Virus record (IMG/VR): IMGVR_UViG_3300032216_001508 | Span: 1-42,327 of that record | DNA from: a virus | Taxonomy: Duplodnaviria > Caudoviricetes | Direction: 5' to 3' (one strand) | DNA: 42,327 bases | In this document: positions 15,767-25,155 of the stretch, piece after piece | Position numbering within the stretch: position 1 is the stretch's first letter | Layout of the letters: each line of letters starts with the position of its first letter | Made by a program: the position numbers and the translations under genes | Notes under the pieces: generated by a model | The model's input: the letters and a program-made list of their open reading frames with translations, nothing else | Told to the model about the DNA's origin: nothing | Databases searched by the model: none

Positions 15767-16989
15767 TACATTAAACCTTTATCCCATGAACCTTCAACAA
15801 GCCACGTATTGTCTCTAACAATCTTGTCTGGCCAGTTTACACCAGATAGACGGTCGCCACGATAACGCTTTACATGAAGGGCAGTTGGGTCTCTATTGTC
15901 TTTGTAAAGAGATATTCCAATTTCGGGCCACGCCATCCAGCGTTGCGAACCCATTGGTGATAAATCTCTTTTTTCTCCCGGCTTACCTTTTGCAGCGTGA
16001 TGCTCCATCATTAAGGCAAAACCGTACTTTGTTCTTAATTCATCAAGAACTGCCATCGCTTCATCAGCAGAGTCTTCATATGACTCACCACTAGTGCGAC
16101 GGTACATCTTATAAATCGGCCCAATACAAACAAGTTGTGGGCGATGAAAAGCAATTTCTCTGTGCAACTCTGCTTTGTCAGAAAGACTTCTAATTTCTAT
16201 TCCACCCGGCCTGCGAAAAAAACGAAGGCGCTCTGCGTCAAACGTTGGGTTATCAGAACCAACATCACGCGCTCTAAGCATGTTCATAAATGGAATTGAG
16301 GTTTGCGTAATCGCCTGCGTTGGGTTTTCAAGGTCAATAATCAACGCACGAATAGGTGGAATTTTTTGGTGACTAAACGGGTGATAACCCTGTGAAGCCG
16401 TTGTCGCAATAGTTCTAAGTAGTAACGACTTACCAGCACCTTCTTCAGCAACAACAATTGTTCTGTAGTCTTGGTGCATCATTCCTGGAATAACAACCGG
16501 AGCAATAGCCTCTGCCCTGTCAGCAAGTTCGTAGATGGTAAGAGACTCTGGCTCTGAAGCATGAATGTTACCAACACCAGAAACCAACTTTTCAATACGT
16601 GCTGCTTCTTCAAATGGATTCATTCCAGTTTGAATACTGGTAAGGCTATTACCAAGGTCAATCATCATCTTTCGAGCAACACTGTGCTTGTAAACAATGG
16701 AAGCGTAATTAGAAACATTATGCGCTGAAGGTGTGTTCATTGCTAAAGAAGTCAATTTTGCAACAAGGTCATTGTTGTTCAACTCAGAAGCAACCGTTAC
16801 TGGGTCAATTGGTATGCCAGACTTAAACAACCTTGCCATGACACCAAATACAGCACCGTGCATTGGACTATAAAAGTCCGAAGCCTGCACCATATCCGCG
16901 GCAACCATTACTGACTCTGCGTTTAAAAGCATCGAGCCAAGCAGAGATTCCTCTGCTATAAGGTCGTTTGGAATAAGCCTGTCACCCAT
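15766..16989 (-). CDS. Replicative helicase: DnaB N-terminal domain plus RepA/AAA_25-like ATPase
   Basis: P...AEESLLGSMLL...DFY..H...IDPVTV; AEEGAGKS Walker A; EHH motif. Confidence 0.8.
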   Translation of the reverse strand: MGDRLIPNDLIAEESLLGSMLLNAESVMVAADMVQASDFYSPMHGAVFGVMARLFKSGIPIDPVTVASELNNNDLVAKLTSLAMNTPSAHNVSNYASIVYKHSVARKMMIDLGNSLTSIQTGMNPFEEAARIEKLVSGVGNIHASEPESLTIYELADRAEAIAPVVIPGMMHQDYRTIVVAEEGAGKSLLLRTIATTASQGYHPFSHQKIPPIRALIIDLENPTQAITQTSIPFMNMLRARDVGSDNPTFDAERLRFFRRPGGIEIRSLSDKAELHREIAFHRPQLVCIGPIYKMYRRTSGESYEDSADEAMAVLDELRTKYGFALMMEHHAAKGKPGEKRDLSPMGSQRWMAWPEIGISLYKDNRDPTALHVKRYRGDRLSGVNWPDKIVRDNTWLVEGSWDKGLM

Positions 16990-16995
16990 TAGTTC

Positions 16996-17895
16996 CTATC
17001 CGTAAACACGTTTACCGCTTGCGGTATTTATTTTGTATACCCTACCATCAATGTCGACCAAACGACCTCTGTTATCCACTGGTCTTTCAAATCCGTTAAT
17101 AGCAGGATTGTTTTGGTGTTCAACGCCATCGTTGTCAAACCAAAAACCCATCTCGTCGTATTCTTTGTAAATCTGAGCCGCAATAAGTTCCTCTGTCAAA
17201 AGTTTATAAGCGCCTTGTGAACTTATAGGAAGAAACTCACGCCATCTCTCGCTAGGCCCAAAAAAAGTTTTGGCGTAAAGAGTAAACGTTTCGTCCTTAC
17301 CAACACGAGACTCAGAGTATTTCTTCGTTGCAAGTAACAAATCCTCTTTTAAAGCGCCTTTGTTTAGGCTTGCACAGTAGGCCTTGTATCCGCCTATCTT
17401 GTTGTCTCGACGTGGATAGATACGCCACACAACTTCAAAGTCCTCAGAATAGTCATTCTTCTTGTTAACTTTTTTCGAAGATATATCTTTCATTAATGTT
17501 CTTTCATTAATGTTCTTTAATGGCTCACCAGTGGTGGGTAGGGGGGTACTCACCGGTGGGTAGGGGGGTACCCAGTCTTGGGTAGGGGGGGTACCACTGG
17601 TGGTGAGGGGGTGTGGCCATAAATAATAAAAAGAACTGGCCTGAGAACCATCTTCACGGTGGCGGTCAACTGCTTTTACTGCACTAATGCTTTCTAATTC
17701 TGAAATGGCTCTAGTAATGCTATTGGGACTACAGTGAAGTCTATTGGCTAAGTGCTTTCGACTTGGCCAAGCGGCTTCGTTAGCGCCAACGTATCTGCTA
17801 AGAACTGCAAAAAGTCGAATAGCGCGTTCGCTAATCTCTGCGTCAAGTATCCATTCAGGAACAACTGCATATCGATAGCCAACAACATCTGTCAT
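16996..17895 (-). CDS. Replication initiator-like protein with N-terminal HTH
   Basis: AWPSRKHLA.RL.CS..SI.RAI.EL; F...W..YPRR..K..A C-terminal domain; upstream of the helicase. Confidence 0.75.
   Translation of the reverse strand: MTDVVGYRYAVVPEWILDAEISERAIRLFAVLSRYVGANEAAWPSRKHLANRLHCSPNSITRAISELESISAVKAVDRHREDGSQASSFYYLWPHPLTTSGTPPTQDWVPPYPPVSTPLPTTGEPLKNINERTLMKDISSKKVNKKNDYSEDFEVVWRIYPRRDNKIGGYKAYCASLNKGALKEDLLLATKKYSESRVGKDETFTLYAKTFFGPSERWREFLPISSQGAYKLLTEELIAAQIYKEYDEMGFWFDNDGVEHQNNPAINGFERPVDNRGRLVDIDGRVYKINTASGKRVYG
17487..17613. repeat. Putative replication origin within the initiator gene (G-rich iterons plus AT-rich repeat)
   Basis: TGGGTAGGGGGG(G)TAC x3 at 22-23 bp spacing; CTTTCATTAATGTT x2. 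Confidence 0.6.
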
Positions 17896-19958
17896 TGGCG
17901 ACCCTTATCCACTAGGTCCTTAATAAGCCCATCCATTACGCTTCCTCCTCCGTCTACATCAATACCGTCAGTCACGGCACTGATAACCCTCTTCTTACTC
18001 TGTAGTAAGTCGTAAATTGTCTCATCAATAGTGTTGGGGGCTAAAAGATACCACGCCGTAGCACCATGCATGTCATTTACACGACCGTAGCAACGGCTTG
18101 CACACTGTTCGTGTATAGCCGGAGTCCAACCAAGTTCACAAAATACTACATCACTAGCAGCAGTCAATGTCAAGCCTTCTGACGCTGCGGTCATATTAGC
18201 CACAAAAACACGACATTTTGGGTCATTTTGGAACTTATCGACTGCTTCTTGGCGGTCTTTTACAGATACACCACCACGAATTTTTACAGCAACGTCCTTA
18301 TAACGGTCATATAAATGCTCTACAAAATCAATATGTTCTGCAAAGACAATAACTTTTTCACCGTCACTTGACTCAAGAAAGTTGTCTATCCATTGAGTAG
18401 CAGTGTCATACTTAATCTTAGACACAACATCACGAAGCGCGGTGATTCTAACAAGGCTTTCGGAGCGCTCTAAACGTATTCTTTTTTGCCAGTAAGCATC
18501 GGTTCCGTCACTACCTTCTTCGTTGGCTAATTCTTCCGCTCTGCGGGCAAAATACTCAACAACGTCCGCCTCTACCTCTTTGTACCTTTTAACGCCCTCA
18601 GGGGCAATTGAGAGGTATTGTAGGGCATTGCGTAGTTCGGGCAGTTCGGTATAAACATCGGATTTAAGTCGGCGGACAAAACAAAGTTCCCGTAGGCGCT
18701 TATTTAGTTCCATAGTGTTCAGCGCCATGTTGCGCTTTGGTGCGTAGCGGTTCTTAAAACGCCAGGCCCCTCCGAATTTATCTAGATTTCCGACTGCCTC
18801 TAGTTGCGGGATAAGTTCATCTGGTCGGTTCGTAATCGGCGTTCCAGTTAGAAGCAGAACAAAGTCTTTAGGTCCAAGGGACTTAGCCAGTCTCATAACG
18901 GCTGCAGTTCTTTTTATAGACCAAGTTTCCTCGGGGGAAGAAAAAGTATTACCGCACGCAGCGCAGGAGCGTGCATTTGCACGCACACTGGTCTTACACT
19001 TTGCACAACGATGAGACTTCTTGCCATTTTTTATGGCGTGGGATTCATCTACAATTAAAGACTTAAAACTATGCTCAAATATATCATCTAAACGTTCATA
19101 GGAAATATCATAATTAACTACTATAACGTCAGTATCTTCTATGGTTTTGGACTTGGTTCCACTCAGGATTGATACCCTTAAATTTGGAAAAAATTTTTGA
19201 ACTTCCCTCTGCCAGTTCAGTTTAAGTGTATTGGGACACACAACGACTACTGGAAAAGCGTTCTCTAAAGCAACTGTGGCTATTGCTTGTGCAGTTTTAC
19301 CTAGGCCGGGTTGGTCACCGATGATTCCCTTGCGCACTTTTTGCATGTACGCTACGCCCGCCCTTTGATATGGCAGTAAAGGTATTGCAATGCCAGGTAT
19401 GTCTATTTCAGCGTCCTGCGCCTCGGAAGCATTTCGCATCTTCTCTGCGTCTTTTGATATCTTTCTTGCTTGCTTATCAAGTTCTGGAGATATAGATAGT
19501 TTGTATTGTACTGCAAACGCCAGTACTTCTACTACATTATCTATAGATGTTCTCCACAATTTAAGTGACCCGTCCCATTTTATGCTGGGAACAAACATAC
19601 GAATTGCTTCAATCATTTGTGGGTTGTATTCAAACCTTATAATGACCTCACCTATTTCTAGGTCAGCAATAACTTGATAGTCTTGCCCAATCTCAGAAAA
19701 TGATGATATCTCGTAATAGGTTTTGTAATGGGTCTCAAGTTCTGTAGGAAGTATGATGTTGTATCTGTCGGCAAGTGCTTTTACCATTGGAAGAGAAGAA
19801 AGCGGAAAAGAATTTGTCTTGGTCGAGTTGTTCCAGCGACGACCATCTATTTGACGGCAGTCTTCAACAAACCCATTGCTAAAGCGGCACACAATATGTA
19901 TTTCGCCTTTTTCAACGTACGCGTAGTTCTTTGCTACGAACGAGAAGTTTCGTTTCAT
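17892..19958 (-). CDS. SNF2-family helicase (SMARCAL1/HARP-like)
   Basis: DQPGLGKT, DESH, LTGTP, QCASRCYGR; two HARP-like N-terminal repeats. Confidence 0.9.
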   Translation of the reverse strand: MKRNFSFVAKNYAYVEKGEIHIVCRFSNGFVEDCRQIDGRRWNNSTKTNSFPLSSLPMVKALADRYNIILPTELETHYKTYYEISSFSEIGQDYQVIADLEIGEVIIRFEYNPQMIEAIRMFVPSIKWDGSLKLWRTSIDNVVEVLAFAVQYKLSISPELDKQARKISKDAEKMRNASEAQDAEIDIPGIAIPLLPYQRAGVAYMQKVRKGIIGDQPGLGKTAQAIATVALENAFPVVVVCPNTLKLNWQREVQKFFPNLRVSILSGTKSKTIEDTDVIVVNYDISYERLDDIFEHSFKSLIVDESHAIKNGKKSHRCAKCKTSVRANARSCAACGNTFSSPEETWSIKRTAAVMRLAKSLGPKDFVLLLTGTPITNRPDELIPQLEAVGNLDKFGGAWRFKNRYAPKRNMALNTMELNKRLRELCFVRRLKSDVYTELPELRNALQYLSIAPEGVKRYKEVEADVVEYFARRAEELANEEGSDGTDAYWQKRIRLERSESLVRITALRDVVSKIKYDTATQWIDNFLESSDGEKVIVFAEHIDFVEHLYDRYKDVAVKIRGGVSVKDRQEAVDKFQNDPKCRVFVANMTAASEGLTLTAASDVVFCELGWTPAIHEQCASRCYGRVNDMHGATAWYLLAPNTIDETIYDLLQSKKRVISAVTDGIDVDGGGSVMDGLIKDLVDKGRQ

Positions 19959-19964
19959 GGCGAC

Positions 19965-20025
19965 AGCCTAATGCATCGGTCAAGTCTTGTCAAGCGTTGA
20001 TTTGAACATTTGTTTATGCTACAGT
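19965..20025. promoter_or_regulatory. Divergent promoters for snf2 (-) and recA (+) with an SOS-box-like site
   Basis: Minus strand TTGACA-N17-TAGGCT; plus strand TTGATT-N17-TACAGT with TGAACATTTGTTTA in the spacer. Confidence 0.65.
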
Positions 20026-20050
20026 TCGTGTTATGTCCGTAGGAGGAAAA

Positions 20051-21079
20051 ATGGCAAAGAAGTCATCGTCCAGAAACTCACTTGATTCAATCATTGATGA
20101 GATTAATAAACAATTTGGCGTAGGTTCAATCATGCGCCTGAACGGGGATGATGTTGTTCCTGTTGAAGTAATACCAACTGGAATTCTTCCACTTGACATT
20201 GCCCTTGGTGTCGGTGGTTTGCCTAAGGGTCGCATTATTGAAATGTATGGACCGCCTTCAAGTGGTAAGTCAACATTGTCATTGCACTCAATTGCAGAAG
20301 CACAAGCACTTGGTCTTGTTTGCGCATACATTGATGTTGAACATGCATTTGACCCTGTGTATGCAACGGCAATTGGTGTTGATGTTGGCTCTTTAATTTT
20401 TACTCAACCAAACAATGCTGAGCAGGCTCTTGAAATGGCTATTCGTTTAGTTGGTAGTGGAGAAATATCAATTGTTGTTATTGACTCTGTTGCTGCTTTG
20501 GTTCCTCGCGCCGAACTTGAAGGCGAAATGGGTGATGCACACGTTGGCCTTCAGCCAAGAATTATGGGTCAAGCACTTCGAAAGATTATTGGTGCCGCGT
20601 CAAAGACGGACACCATTGTTATCTTTATCAACCAGTTGCGCGAGTCAATTGGAAAGATGTATGGGCCAAGTGAATACACACCTGGTGGAAAGTCACTTGG
20701 TTACGCCGCTTCTGTTCGACTAGACATTCGCCGTATTCAAACTATTAAAAAAGGAGAGGAAGCAACTGCTAACCGAACTCGTGTAAAAGTAGTTAAGAAC
20801 AAAGTTGCTGCACCGTTTAGGCAAGCAGAGTTTGATTTGGAATATGGTGTTGGTGTTCCAAAAGCAAACGCACTTCTGGACTGTGCAATTGACTTTGGCG
20901 TGCTTCGCCAATCAGGAGCATGGATTTATTATGAAGGCGAACAATTTGCCAACGGACGAAACAAAGCCAAGCAAAAAATTGAAGAGTCACCGGAACTCTA
21001 CAACCAAATTTACAAGCAAGTTATTTCAATGATTAATGATTTGCCAGAAGGAGATATCAATGTCGAAGACCAAGAATAA
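20051..21079 (+). CDS. recA: Recombinase A
   Basis: LDIALG.GGLP.GRI.E.YGP.SSGKST; IDSVAALVPRAE.EGEMGD..VGLQ.R; KNKVA.PF. Confidence 0.97.
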   Translation: MAKKSSSRNSLDSIIDEINKQFGVGSIMRLNGDDVVPVEVIPTGILPLDIALGVGGLPKGRIIEMYGPPSSGKSTLSLHSIAEAQALGLVCAYIDVEHAFDPVYATAIGVDVGSLIFTQPNNAEQALEMAIRLVGSGEISIVVIDSVAALVPRAELEGEMGDAHVGLQPRIMGQALRKIIGAASKTDTIVIFINQLRESIGKMYGPSEYTPGGKSLGYAASVRLDIRRIQTIKKGEEATANRTRVKVVKNKVAAPFRQAEFDLEYGVGVPKANALLDCAIDFGVLRQSGAWIYYEGEQFANGRNKAKQKIEESPELYNQIYKQVISMINDLPEGDINVEDQE

Positions 21080-21299
21080 CAACAACTTAAACAGAAAAAT
21101 TGTTAACGAAGAACTCGTTGTTAAGTCTGTAAGGCAGTGGTACAAAAAGAACACCTTTGGACCCAGTTACCGAGATTTGTCAAAATTAACTGAATTGTCA
21201 GTCGGAACGGTGTACAATATTTGTCACGACCTGAGAGAAGCGGGCGTGTTACAGTTCCAAGATAGTGTCGCAAGGACAATTAAATTAAAGAAAGAGTGA
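21060..21299 (+). CDS. LexA-like N-terminal winged-HTH protein, no peptidase domain
   Basis: GPSYRDL....LS..TV.....L...G.L......ARTI. Confidence 0.7.
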   Translation: MSKTKNNNNLNRKIVNEELVVKSVRQWYKKNTFGPSYRDLSKLTELSVGTVYNICHDLREAGVLQFQDSVARTIKLKKE

Positions 21300-22324
21300 G
21301 CATGAAAGACGTAAGGATAATTCCTGTCTGGGATAAGACGGAAGAAGAGTGGTTAGAAATTCGCAAAGGTGGTATCGGTGGTTCTGATGCCGGAACTATT
21401 TGCGGAGTTAACAAGTACAAGTCACCGTATGCGTTGTGGACAGAAAAAACAAAAATTGTTCCAACAACGTTTACCGGTAACGACGCAACTAAATGGGGTC
21501 ATCGTTTAGAACGTGTTGTTGCTGAAGCGTATGCAGAGGATTACAACAAGGCGGTAGTTGAATGGCCTGTAATTATTTGGTCAGAGCGACCTGGGCAAGA
21601 GTTTATGTTTGCCAACCTTGACTTTTTAATTGTTGACCCTAGTGATGAATTCCCCGCCGGTGAAGTTCAAACATGGCGTTTTGAATACGAACCACCAGGC
21701 ATACAAGGAATCCTTGAAGTAAAAACTGCTGGCATTGCCTCACCAGGTTCATTAGGTGCTTGGGCTAACAATGGTATTCCACAGAGTTACATGCTTCAGG
21801 GGTACCACTATGGAGTTGTTGCTGATATTAAAGACATAACTTTTGCAGCACTTGTTGGTGGTCAGGGACTTCAAGTTCGACACATGGAGTGGGACGAAAA
21901 AGTTGCGGAGAATTTAATCATTCTTGAAGAACGTTTTTGGGAACAAGTAACGCTTGAAGTTGCCCCCGAAACCGATGGTAGTGAAGCAACTGAATCTGCT
22001 CTTAGTGCAAGGTATCCTCGCCACGAAGAAGGCAAGGGTATTGAAGGTGGCGAAACACTTCAGCAACTTTGGAACGAATTTAGTGCCGCTAAAGAAGCCG
22101 CAGAAATTGCCGATACACAACGCAAATCACTTCGTGCCAAAATCCTTGAGATGATTGGCGATGCTGAATTTGCCACTGTAAATGGTACTGCTATTCTTTC
22201 TTACAAGGCTAGCAAGGGCGTTGAATCCCTAGATACTGACCGACTCAAGAAAGAAATGCCTGAAATATGGGAAGAATTTAAGAAAGTCCGCAATGGCTCA
22301 AGGGTTCTTCGAGGCATTAAATAA
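21296..22324 (+). CDS. YqaJ-like viral recombination exonuclease
   Basis: WL..RKGGIGGSDA...G.NKYKS..LW.EK; G..LE; ANLD; LEVKT. Confidence 0.9.
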   Translation: MSMKDVRIIPVWDKTEEEWLEIRKGGIGGSDAGTICGVNKYKSPYALWTEKTKIVPTTFTGNDATKWGHRLERVVAEAYAEDYNKAVVEWPVIIWSERPGQEFMFANLDFLIVDPSDEFPAGEVQTWRFEYEPPGIQGILEVKTAGIASPGSLGAWANNGIPQSYMLQGYHYGVVADIKDITFAALVGGQGLQVRHMEWDEKVAENLIILEERFWEQVTLEVAPETDGSEATESALSARYPRHEEGKGIEGGETLQQLWNEFSAAKEAAEIADTQRKSLRAKILEMIGDAEFATVNGTAILSYKASKGVESLDTDRLKKEMPEIWEEFKKVRNGSRVLRGIK

Positions 22325-22330
22325 TGGTGC

Positions 22331-22359
22331 TTGACACCCAAACCAATTACCTGTACAAT
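22331..22359 (+). promoter_or_regulatory. sigma70-type promoter
   Basis: TTGACA-N17-TACAAT. Confidence 0.75.
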
Positions 22360-22399
22360 AATTACACCAACGAATCAACCTTTAAGAAAGGAACCCAAA

Positions 22400-23068
22400 A
22401 TGAGTAAAAGCAGTGAGATAAATGAATTAGCAACAGCGCTCGCTAAGGCACAAGGAGAATTCTCTGCAGTGCCTAAAAGTTCTGTTAACCCGTTCTTCAA
22501 AAGCAAGTACGCACCACTACCAGAAGTAATGGCAGCAGCAGTACCAATTCTTTCTAAGAATGGTCTCTCTATTAGTCAATTTATTGGCGTAGATGTTGAT
22601 GGTCGTGACATTCTCACGACATACCTCATGCACACGTCAGGCCAATACATTTCTCAAGACATGCGTTTGCACCTTGGTAAAGATGACACTAGTCAGGCAT
22701 TAGGTTCAAGCGTGACATATGCTCGTCGTTACCAAATTCTAGCCGTTTGTGGCATGGTCCAAGATGAGGACGACGATGGTAATGCTTCTACGCAGTCTTC
22801 AATGCAATCTGCTCCAAAGGCAAAGCCAGCAGAACAAAGTCTTAGTGGTGCAATGACAAAGGCAGTGGGAAACACTACTGGTCTTGCAACGGAAAATATG
22901 ACCAAAATGATTTGGGCTATTTGCCACAAGAGTCTTAACTGGGATGACGGTCAAATGTTTGACGAAGTTGACAAAATTGTCGGTCACCGTGTTGAGAAGT
23001 TGACAGACCTTACATATGATGAGGCTCAGTCAGTAATTAAAAACCTGAAGTTACTTCAGGGGAACTAG
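22400..23068 (+). CDS. ERF-family ssDNA annealing protein
   Basis: NPFFKSKYA.L; GS.VTYARRY......G...DEDDDG. Confidence 0.9.
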   Translation: MSKSSEINELATALAKAQGEFSAVPKSSVNPFFKSKYAPLPEVMAAAVPILSKNGLSISQFIGVDVDGRDILTTYLMHTSGQYISQDMRLHLGKDDTSQALGSSVTYARRYQILAVCGMVQDEDDDGNASTQSSMQSAPKAKPAEQSLSGAMTKAVGNTTGLATENMTKMIWAICHKSLNWDDGQMFDEVDKIVGHRVEKLTDLTYDEAQSVIKNLKLLQGN

Positions 23069-23084
23069 AGAAAGGGATTCAATT

Positions 23085-23480
23085 ATGGATTCGACAATTA
23101 CCGTATCAGGCAATCTCACACGAGATGCAGAACTTAAGTTTACTGACAGTGGGCTTGCCCGAGTTAGGTTTGGACTTGCTTCAACACGTCGTGTAAAAGA
23201 AAAGGAAACAACTTCTTTTTATGATGTTGTAGCCTTTGGAAAAACGGCAGAAAACGTACACGCTTCATTGGTCAAGGGTAATGGTGTAATCGTTACTGGT
23301 CGACTTGAAGTTCGTAATTACGACAAGCAAGACGGAACCAAGGGAACGGCAGTTGAGGTTGTAGCAGACGAAGTAGGAGCACTTCTTCGATACGCTACGG
23401 TTTCTATTGCAAAGAACCCTAAGGCTACTGAACCTTCTACATTTTCTCGCCCTGCAGAAATGGAATACGAAGAGTTTTAA
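23085..23480 (+). CDS. ssb: Single-stranded DNA-binding protein
   Basis: GNLTRD.EL.FT.SG; KG..VIV.GRL; acidic tail. Confidence 0.92.
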   Translation: MDSTITVSGNLTRDAELKFTDSGLARVRFGLASTRRVKEKETTSFYDVVAFGKTAENVHASLVKGNGVIVTGRLEVRNYDKQDGTKGTAVEVVADEVGALLRYATVSIAKNPKATEPSTFSRPAEMEYEEF

Positions 23481-23860
23481 TGTCTGACGGAATCAATTAC
23501 TCGTTACCGCTTAGTTACCAAAACATAGAAGACGCGATGCGTCACGCTATTAAGCAAATGAATGAATTAACAAAAGATTTTGCGGTGACGGCGGACGAGT
23601 ATGGTTCCAAAGAAGCCACCTTTAAAGTTGCTTTTGCCAAAAGTCGGCTTATGGCAAGAGTTAGCAATGATTATGAAGGTAAAAAAATGACCGCCGATTT
23701 AGCGGAGGATATCGCAACGGTCGAAACCGAATCTGAACGAATGGCTATGGAAGCGTCAAAAGCAAAACACGATGCCGCTCGCCAAGCCCTTATGTCAGTT
23801 CGAAGTAGATTAGAAGCCCTTAGAAGCCTTATGGCTTCCTACCGAGATATAGGAGCATAG
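23480..23860 (+). CDS. Helical protein, possibly a UvsY-like recombination mediator
   Basis: Coiled-coil character and gene context only. Confidence 0.4.
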   Translation: MSDGINYSLPLSYQNIEDAMRHAIKQMNELTKDFAVTADEYGSKEATFKVAFAKSRLMARVSNDYEGKKMTADLAEDIATVETESERMAMEASKAKHDAARQALMSVRSRLEALRSLMASYRDIGA

Positions 23861-23862
23861 CA

Positions 23863-24018
23863 ATGTCTTACGATGCAGAAATGGCAGAATACGTTCTTGA
23901 ACTAGAGCGTAAGGTTGCAAAACAATCAGCACGTATTGAGCAACTTGAAGAACAGTTAAAGGTATCGCACCGTTTAATTGGTATTCTTGATACTCAGCAG
24001 CAACACGTTGATTTTTAG
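23863..24018 (+). CDS. Coiled-coil micro-protein, 51 aa
   Basis: Manual translation; AGGAG RBS. Confidence 0.6.
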   Translation: MSYDAEMAEYVLELERKVAKQSARIEQLEEQLKVSHRLIGILDTQQQHVDF

Positions 24019-24410
24019 TGGAGAGAAAAAAACCACTTAAAGCCAAAAAAGGTTTAGCAAAAAAAACAATACTACACGCGCGGAGTTCTTTAAAAAGCAA
24101 AAAGGGGCTAACAGCGAAATCAACGCTGAAGCCCCGCTCCAAAAAAATGCAGGAAACTTACAAAAAGCGTTCGGCTTTTGTAAAACAATTCCTTTCTATT
24201 TATCCACACTGTCAAGCAAGGTGGGATGAAAACTGCTACACTATCTCTGTTGACGTACACGAAATAATTCCTCGTGGCGTAGGCGGGAAAATAGTAGATG
24301 ATAATTGGGACAATTTTCTTGCCGTGTGTCGTTACTGTCACCGACAAATTACAGATAATCCATCTGAAGCACAAGAAAGAGGTCTCCGGAAGTGGTCCTG
24401 GGAAAAATAA
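24018..24410 (+). CDS. HNH endonuclease
   Basis: DVHEIIPRG.GG......N...VCR.CH. Confidence 0.8.
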   Translation: MERKKPLKAKKGLAKKTILHARSSLKSKKGLTAKSTLKPRSKKMQETYKKRSAFVKQFLSIYPHCQARWDENCYTISVDVHEIIPRGVGGKIVDDNWDNFLAVCRYCHRQITDNPSEAQERGLRKWSWEK

Positions 24411-24549
24411 ATCATTATGTTGAACTTACACCCAACACCACAGCGAATAAATATGAGGCCCGATGTAAATGCGGTTGGCAAGAAAACTCATTAGAAAGAC
24501 GTGATGCGCTAGCAAAATCTTATTTGCACATTGGCGAGGCTCTTGCCGA

Positions 24550-24894
24550 ATGATAAATGAACAAGAACAATTTCGCGCTATGGAATTTAGTTATAGCGAT
24601 TATGAAGCAGCAGAATTTGTAAATTTTTTTTGGTCTACAAAACCTAAGTTTTATGAAAACGCAAACTGTTCTAACTTAGGGTTTGATTACTTCTTCCCCA
24701 AAAAGGGCCAATCAAATTATGCAAAACGCGCAATTGAAATTTGTATGGGTTGCAGTGAACGTTTTATTTGTCTTAAATATGCAATGGAACAAAAACTTGA
24801 AGATGGCATATGGGGTGGAACAACCCCAATGCAACGTCAAAGGTTGTGGTCAGAAAACGTTACAGTGGAGGAAGCATGGAAAAATCTAGAATAA
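24550..24894 (+). CDS. whiB: WhiB-family transcription factor
   Basis: A.C......FFP......A..IC..C.....CL.YA......GIWGGT. Confidence 0.9.
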   Translation: MINEQEQFRAMEFSYSDYEAAEFVNFFWSTKPKFYENANCSNLGFDYFFPKKGQSNYAKRAIEICMGCSERFICLKYAMEQKLEDGIWGGTTPMQRQRLWSENVTVEEAWKNLE

Positions 24895-25155
24895 AGAAGT
24901 TTTTGTTGCTAGTGCTCTTTGTTTTCGTACTTCTTTAGCCCTTGTTTCATACTTTGCGTCGTAGCGACAAGTAAGATGAACATTGTCTAAATCTTTGTAT
25001 CTCTCATCAGTTGTTGACTGAGGACACAAATCACCGCACATAATGCAAGGAACCCAAGTAACGCCTTTGTAGTTACCTTTGTACGCCCGTTTCATTTTTT
25101 GAACAGTAGACGTGTTCATAGGTTCTTTGTTTCGTTTCATATCGGTATTTTTCAT
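24886..25155 (-). CDS. Small basic Zn-finger-like protein (CIMC...H..C)
   Basis: ORF coupled by TAATG to the upstream gene. Confidence 0.55.
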   Translation of the reverse strand: MKNTDMKRNKEPMNTSTVQKMKRAYKGNYKGVTWVPCIMCGDLCPQSTTDERYKDLDNVHLTCRYDAKYETRAKEVRKQRALATKTSLF

